DNA from: Octopus sinensis
Lineage: Eukaryota
Direction: 5' to 3'
Assembly (NCBI RefSeq): GCF_006345805.1
Contig: NC_043014.1
Span: 24,242,001-24,306,000 of the forward strand
DNA length: 64,000 nucleotides
Below, piece by piece: positions 60,583 through 64,000 of the stretch (positions are counted from its first letter, which is position 1; every line of letters begins with the position of its first letter). The notes beneath the pieces were generated by a model. It made no database searches and was not told the DNA's origin. It saw only the letters and a list, made by a program, of their open reading frames with translations. The translations under genes were made by a program, and so were the position numbers.

Positions 60583-61440
60583 GTCCTCTGAAACCCAAAC
60601 TGTTGCAGTATCTGGTCCTGTATTTTAATGGTGATGTTGGAATCTTTGGCACCATGCAGTGGCGCCCTGTTCTGCAGTTGGGGTAACTTTGAATGCCAAA
60701 GTTTGGGACAAGAGCCTCCAGGATTTTCCAGATGTATATCACTGCATATCTCTCCCGCCTTCGCTCTAGGGAGAAGAGTTTTAATACTTTCAGTCTTTCC
60801 CAGTAGGTGATATTTTGCATTGAGACAATCTTCTTTGTGTAGCTTCTTTGAATTGCTTCGAGTTCTGATGTTAGTTTTATATTGTGTGGTGACCATAGTT
60901 GGGAGCAGTAGTCCAAGCATTTTATCACCAGATTAGTAATATGCACTTGGAAAGATGCATCATAGCTCATATCAATGCCCAGGTCATGCACTGATTTTGA
61001 CTCAGAGATTGCAATTCTTCCCAGGCCAGTGTATCCAGTCTGCATGTCGTTTACCTTTGTGTGCCAGTAGCGCAGGGCCTGCAACTTACCTGCATTAAAC
61101 TGCATGTTGTTGTCCTCAGCCCACCTGTATTTTTTATCCAACTACTGTTGCGGATGTGCAATATTTCCAGGTTTTTGTATTGTGTGGGAGACTTTTGTGT
61201 CATCTGCATAGCTAGCAAGGGTGGCCATCTTAGCAACTGAGGGCATGTCTGAAAGAGCCACTATGAATAGCAGTGGCCCCAAGACAGTGCCCTGTGGAAC
61301 ACTGCTTGTTATTTGTGTTTCCATTGGTCACAACCGCGTGTCTTCTATCTTTTAGGAAGTTGTGCAGCCACTCTCTAAGTTTTCCGCCTATGATGAGACC
61401 ACGCAGTTTGTGACAAATCATACCGTGGTCGACTTTATCA
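60583..61440 (-). mobile_element. CR1-group LINE RT fragment, same family as 4666-6712
   Basis: SVPQGTVLGPLLF, SYADDTK, MQFNAGK, DYCSQLWSP, YWERLK. Confidence 0.88.
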
Positions 61441-61531
61441 ATATATATTATTATATAGTATATATATATATAATATATATATATATATTATATATATATA
61501 TACGCACACCACACATATATACATATGCATA

Positions 61532-61631
61532 NNNNNNNNNNNNNNNNNNNNNNNNNNNNNNNNNNNNNNNNNNNNNNNNNNNNNNNNNNNNNNNNNNNNN
61601 NNNNNNNNNNNNNNNNNNNNNNNNNNNNNNN
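61532..61631. other. 100-N assembly gap next to (TA)n
   Basis: Direct reading. Confidence 0.99.
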
Positions 61632-62040
61632 ACGAAATACCTCAAGTCTTTCATCCTCACGGCTCAAAACATTGGCAAATTTTTTGTTATCTTCCCCTCT
61701 GGCGAAATAAACCTGTCTCCTAACTTCCCTTTTGGCTGTCTGATACAATTCCCTGCTACCACCGTTCTTCCAGTCCTTCCAAGCCTGTCTCTTTTGTCTA
61801 ATACCCTGTCAACACGGTGTTCCACCACCATGTTACTCTGGTTCGAGATGGTACTTTGCTCATCCACAGATCTGTTCAGTAGCTAGCTGTCAGCAGATTG
61901 TCTCGTAGGAATCTCCAGTTTCTTCCACATTAAGTGAAGCTGTATCCCCTTCTATTCGTCAAAGGCTTCGAGTAGTATGTCTCTAAATCTTGTCCATTTG
62001 CAGGATCCTTAAGCTTCTTCTGGCAACCATTTAGCTGATC
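61632..62040 (-). mobile_element. RTE fragment (APE-RT linker)
   Basis: KLKDPANGQ...WHGGTP..DR..REKRQAWKDWK...YQTAKREVRRQVY. Confidence 0.8.
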
Positions 62041-62329
62041 CTGATGTCGTTATATATATAGTTATATATATATATATAATATATATGTATAGATATGTAT
62101 ATATATATGTATATATTATGTATGTATATATATATGTATATATATTGTATATATATATGTATATTATATGTATATATATGATGTATATATATATATTGAT
62201 ATATATAATAGTATGTGTTATATATATATGTATTACACACATCCATATATATATATACATCCATATATCTACATGTAAATTTAAAATAATAAGGGTGAAA
62301 AATTAAATATTAATTTGATTTATATTAAT

Positions 62330-62690
62330 TGAAAACCAGTGGTGTAGCATATAAGACCATTGCGGATCTTCTAGCAAAATGGATGTCCACTGTTAATGGT
62401 TCATTCCTGTTATATAATAGTTCCACTTTTAAACTGAAAGCATCTGACATTACAATAGAGAGATGTTTTTGTTTCACTTTTAACACGTAATACTGAAATA
62501 GTGGAGAAGATATGATATTGCTGTGGGTTCGCCCTAGGCAAGAAGTTAAAAAAAGTTTTTGCCCATGACACTACATCGACAATAAGTAAGGCGTGTGTAA
62601 AATGTGAGTGAAATTGGTTGTATAGTTCTCAAGTTTTAGGGATTTACACAGACAGACAGACACACATTCTCAGTTATATATATATATATA
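62330..62690 (-). mobile_element. Possible non-autonomous Helitron-like element
   Basis: - strand starts TATATATAACTGAGAATGTGTGTCTGTCTG, a 5' end typical of insect/mollusc helitron-like MITEs; 3' hallmark not clearly seen. Confidence 0.45.
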
Positions 62691-63062
62691 TATATTAATA
62701 TGTAAAGTCATTGATACTCATGAGAGATAATAATGTTAGTGGCCACAAGCTTAAAACCATATAAGCAAAATTAATAGATATATATAGGAGTCAAATATAC
62801 TTTTTGTGGCTTCAGAGTATTTTTGACTCCTATCTTTAGCAAAGCTAGTGCTTCACAGTGCCCTTGTCTTTGCACGGATTTTTGTCAGTGAACAGGTCAC
62901 GGTCTTAAAGCGACGAAAATATTTTGACAAATTAAACTTAAATGTTGAAGTGAATCGAACGGCTTTTGTGTGTTTCTTAAATGGCTTACAAACACCTTCC
63001 ACACTGCAATTGTTTTTTTTCAGCACACGATCTCAGATCAAATCACTTGCTATGCAGGAACA

Positions 63063-63113
<51 letters not shown>

Positions 63114-63379
63114 TAATAAGTGTGTATATACACACACACACACACACACACATATATATGCATATATATATATATATATATATATCATATTATTTATCAT
63201 CGTTGGGTAAACATATATCATTAAGATAGTTAGGGACAAGAAGAATAAAGATCAGATGATTGATACCATAGGAAATAGCTAATACTTTAGATATTGGTCA
63301 GATAGAGTTTCAAGACTATAGGCACAGGGACAAATTAGTGAAGTTTTATAGTAATACAGAGAAACAAAACATAATCAAT

Positions 63380-64000
63380 AACTTTCTATATCTCATTTTA
63401 TATGAAATAAGTTAGTTAAATTTTTAAAAGATTGGTGTGAACAATGGATCAATAATTTTTGTTTATTAATAAGTTCGAGACATACACTTTAGATTTCTAG
63501 TGCCTCCATGCAACACAAAGTAAAACTTTATAAGGAAGTGTGGTATGTATAATCAACCACATAATAGAGTAATTAATATTTCTGTTAAGTGTCCAAATGA
63601 ATTTTGCAAATGATGTATTATGTAATTTGTGTTTGTTATGTGATTATTCCTTCTGGATTTGAATTTTGACACTGCTGTACTAATATAATAGTATACTTTA
63701 TCAGGTGTTTGAATGGAATAGTTATGTGCTAAGTTTGCTCTGAGATGCTAGTTATTAAATGGGCACTTATATTGGTTGTTACACTTACATATACTATTAT
63801 GTTTATTAACTAGTATCTTATTAATTGTATTATTAGTAAAATTATTTTTAAGAGAAAACACTGAATCAGTAGTAATATTTATGTCAGACCAAGATGTATT
63901 GTTAACAAAGGAGCTGAAGTCAGACCTACCACTTGAATAATTAGAATCAACAGTGGATCCATCATACATAAAATGGATATCCATACAGTCTCCATTGCTC
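63380..64000 (-). mobile_element. Penelope-like fragment with Asn-rich linker and decayed GIY-YIG, running off the window edge
   Basis: ORF 63748-63984 ends CKCNNQYKCPFNN and continues past a stop to VYYYIST..KFKSR.NNH. Confidence 0.6.

Noticed and set aside
60426-60920. 164-aa ORF as a novel fusion protein
   Set aside because: A chance in-frame junction of an off-frame CR1 fragment and an R4-like RT fragment; no promoter or splice support.
59452-64000. Search for the next OPLAH exon (TEAL..PG...SGTRNL..NLSDL)
   Set aside because: Not found on the + strand; it probably lies beyond the window or in the gap at 61532-61631.

Overview
This is AT-rich eukaryotic genomic DNA, most likely from an octopus or other coleoid cephalopod. 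That assignment is inferred from the repeat families I recognise and the heavy (TA)n load. There are two 100-N assembly gaps. The only host gene found is an internal part of 5-oxoprolinase (OPLAH) on the + strand: 12 GT-AG exons between 1062 and 59451, totalling 1,264 coding nt. They splice in one continuous frame from [18 protein letters not shown] through [35 protein letters not shown] to [17 protein letters not shown], crossing from the hydantoinase A-like half into the B-like half. Both ends of the gene lie outside the window. About 98% of the window is intron filled with transposon debris: RTE, BovB-like RTE, CR1-group and R4/Dong-like LINEs, Penelope-like elements (PLEs), a Ty3/Gypsy gag-protease relic, tRNA-derived SINEs, piggyBac, Tc1/mariner, TA-flanked MITEs and small Helitrons. 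No prokaryote-type system (CRISPR etc.) is present. The least explained signals are structural: tandem ~183-bp units each carrying a minimal hammerhead-ribozyme-like motif, a perfect 291-bp palindrome, a decayed hammerhead with a large insert in an inverted PLE arm, several fold-back hairpins, and a PLE lineage with an Asn-rich linker. All identifications are by eye and from recalled motifs; no database search or folding program was run.
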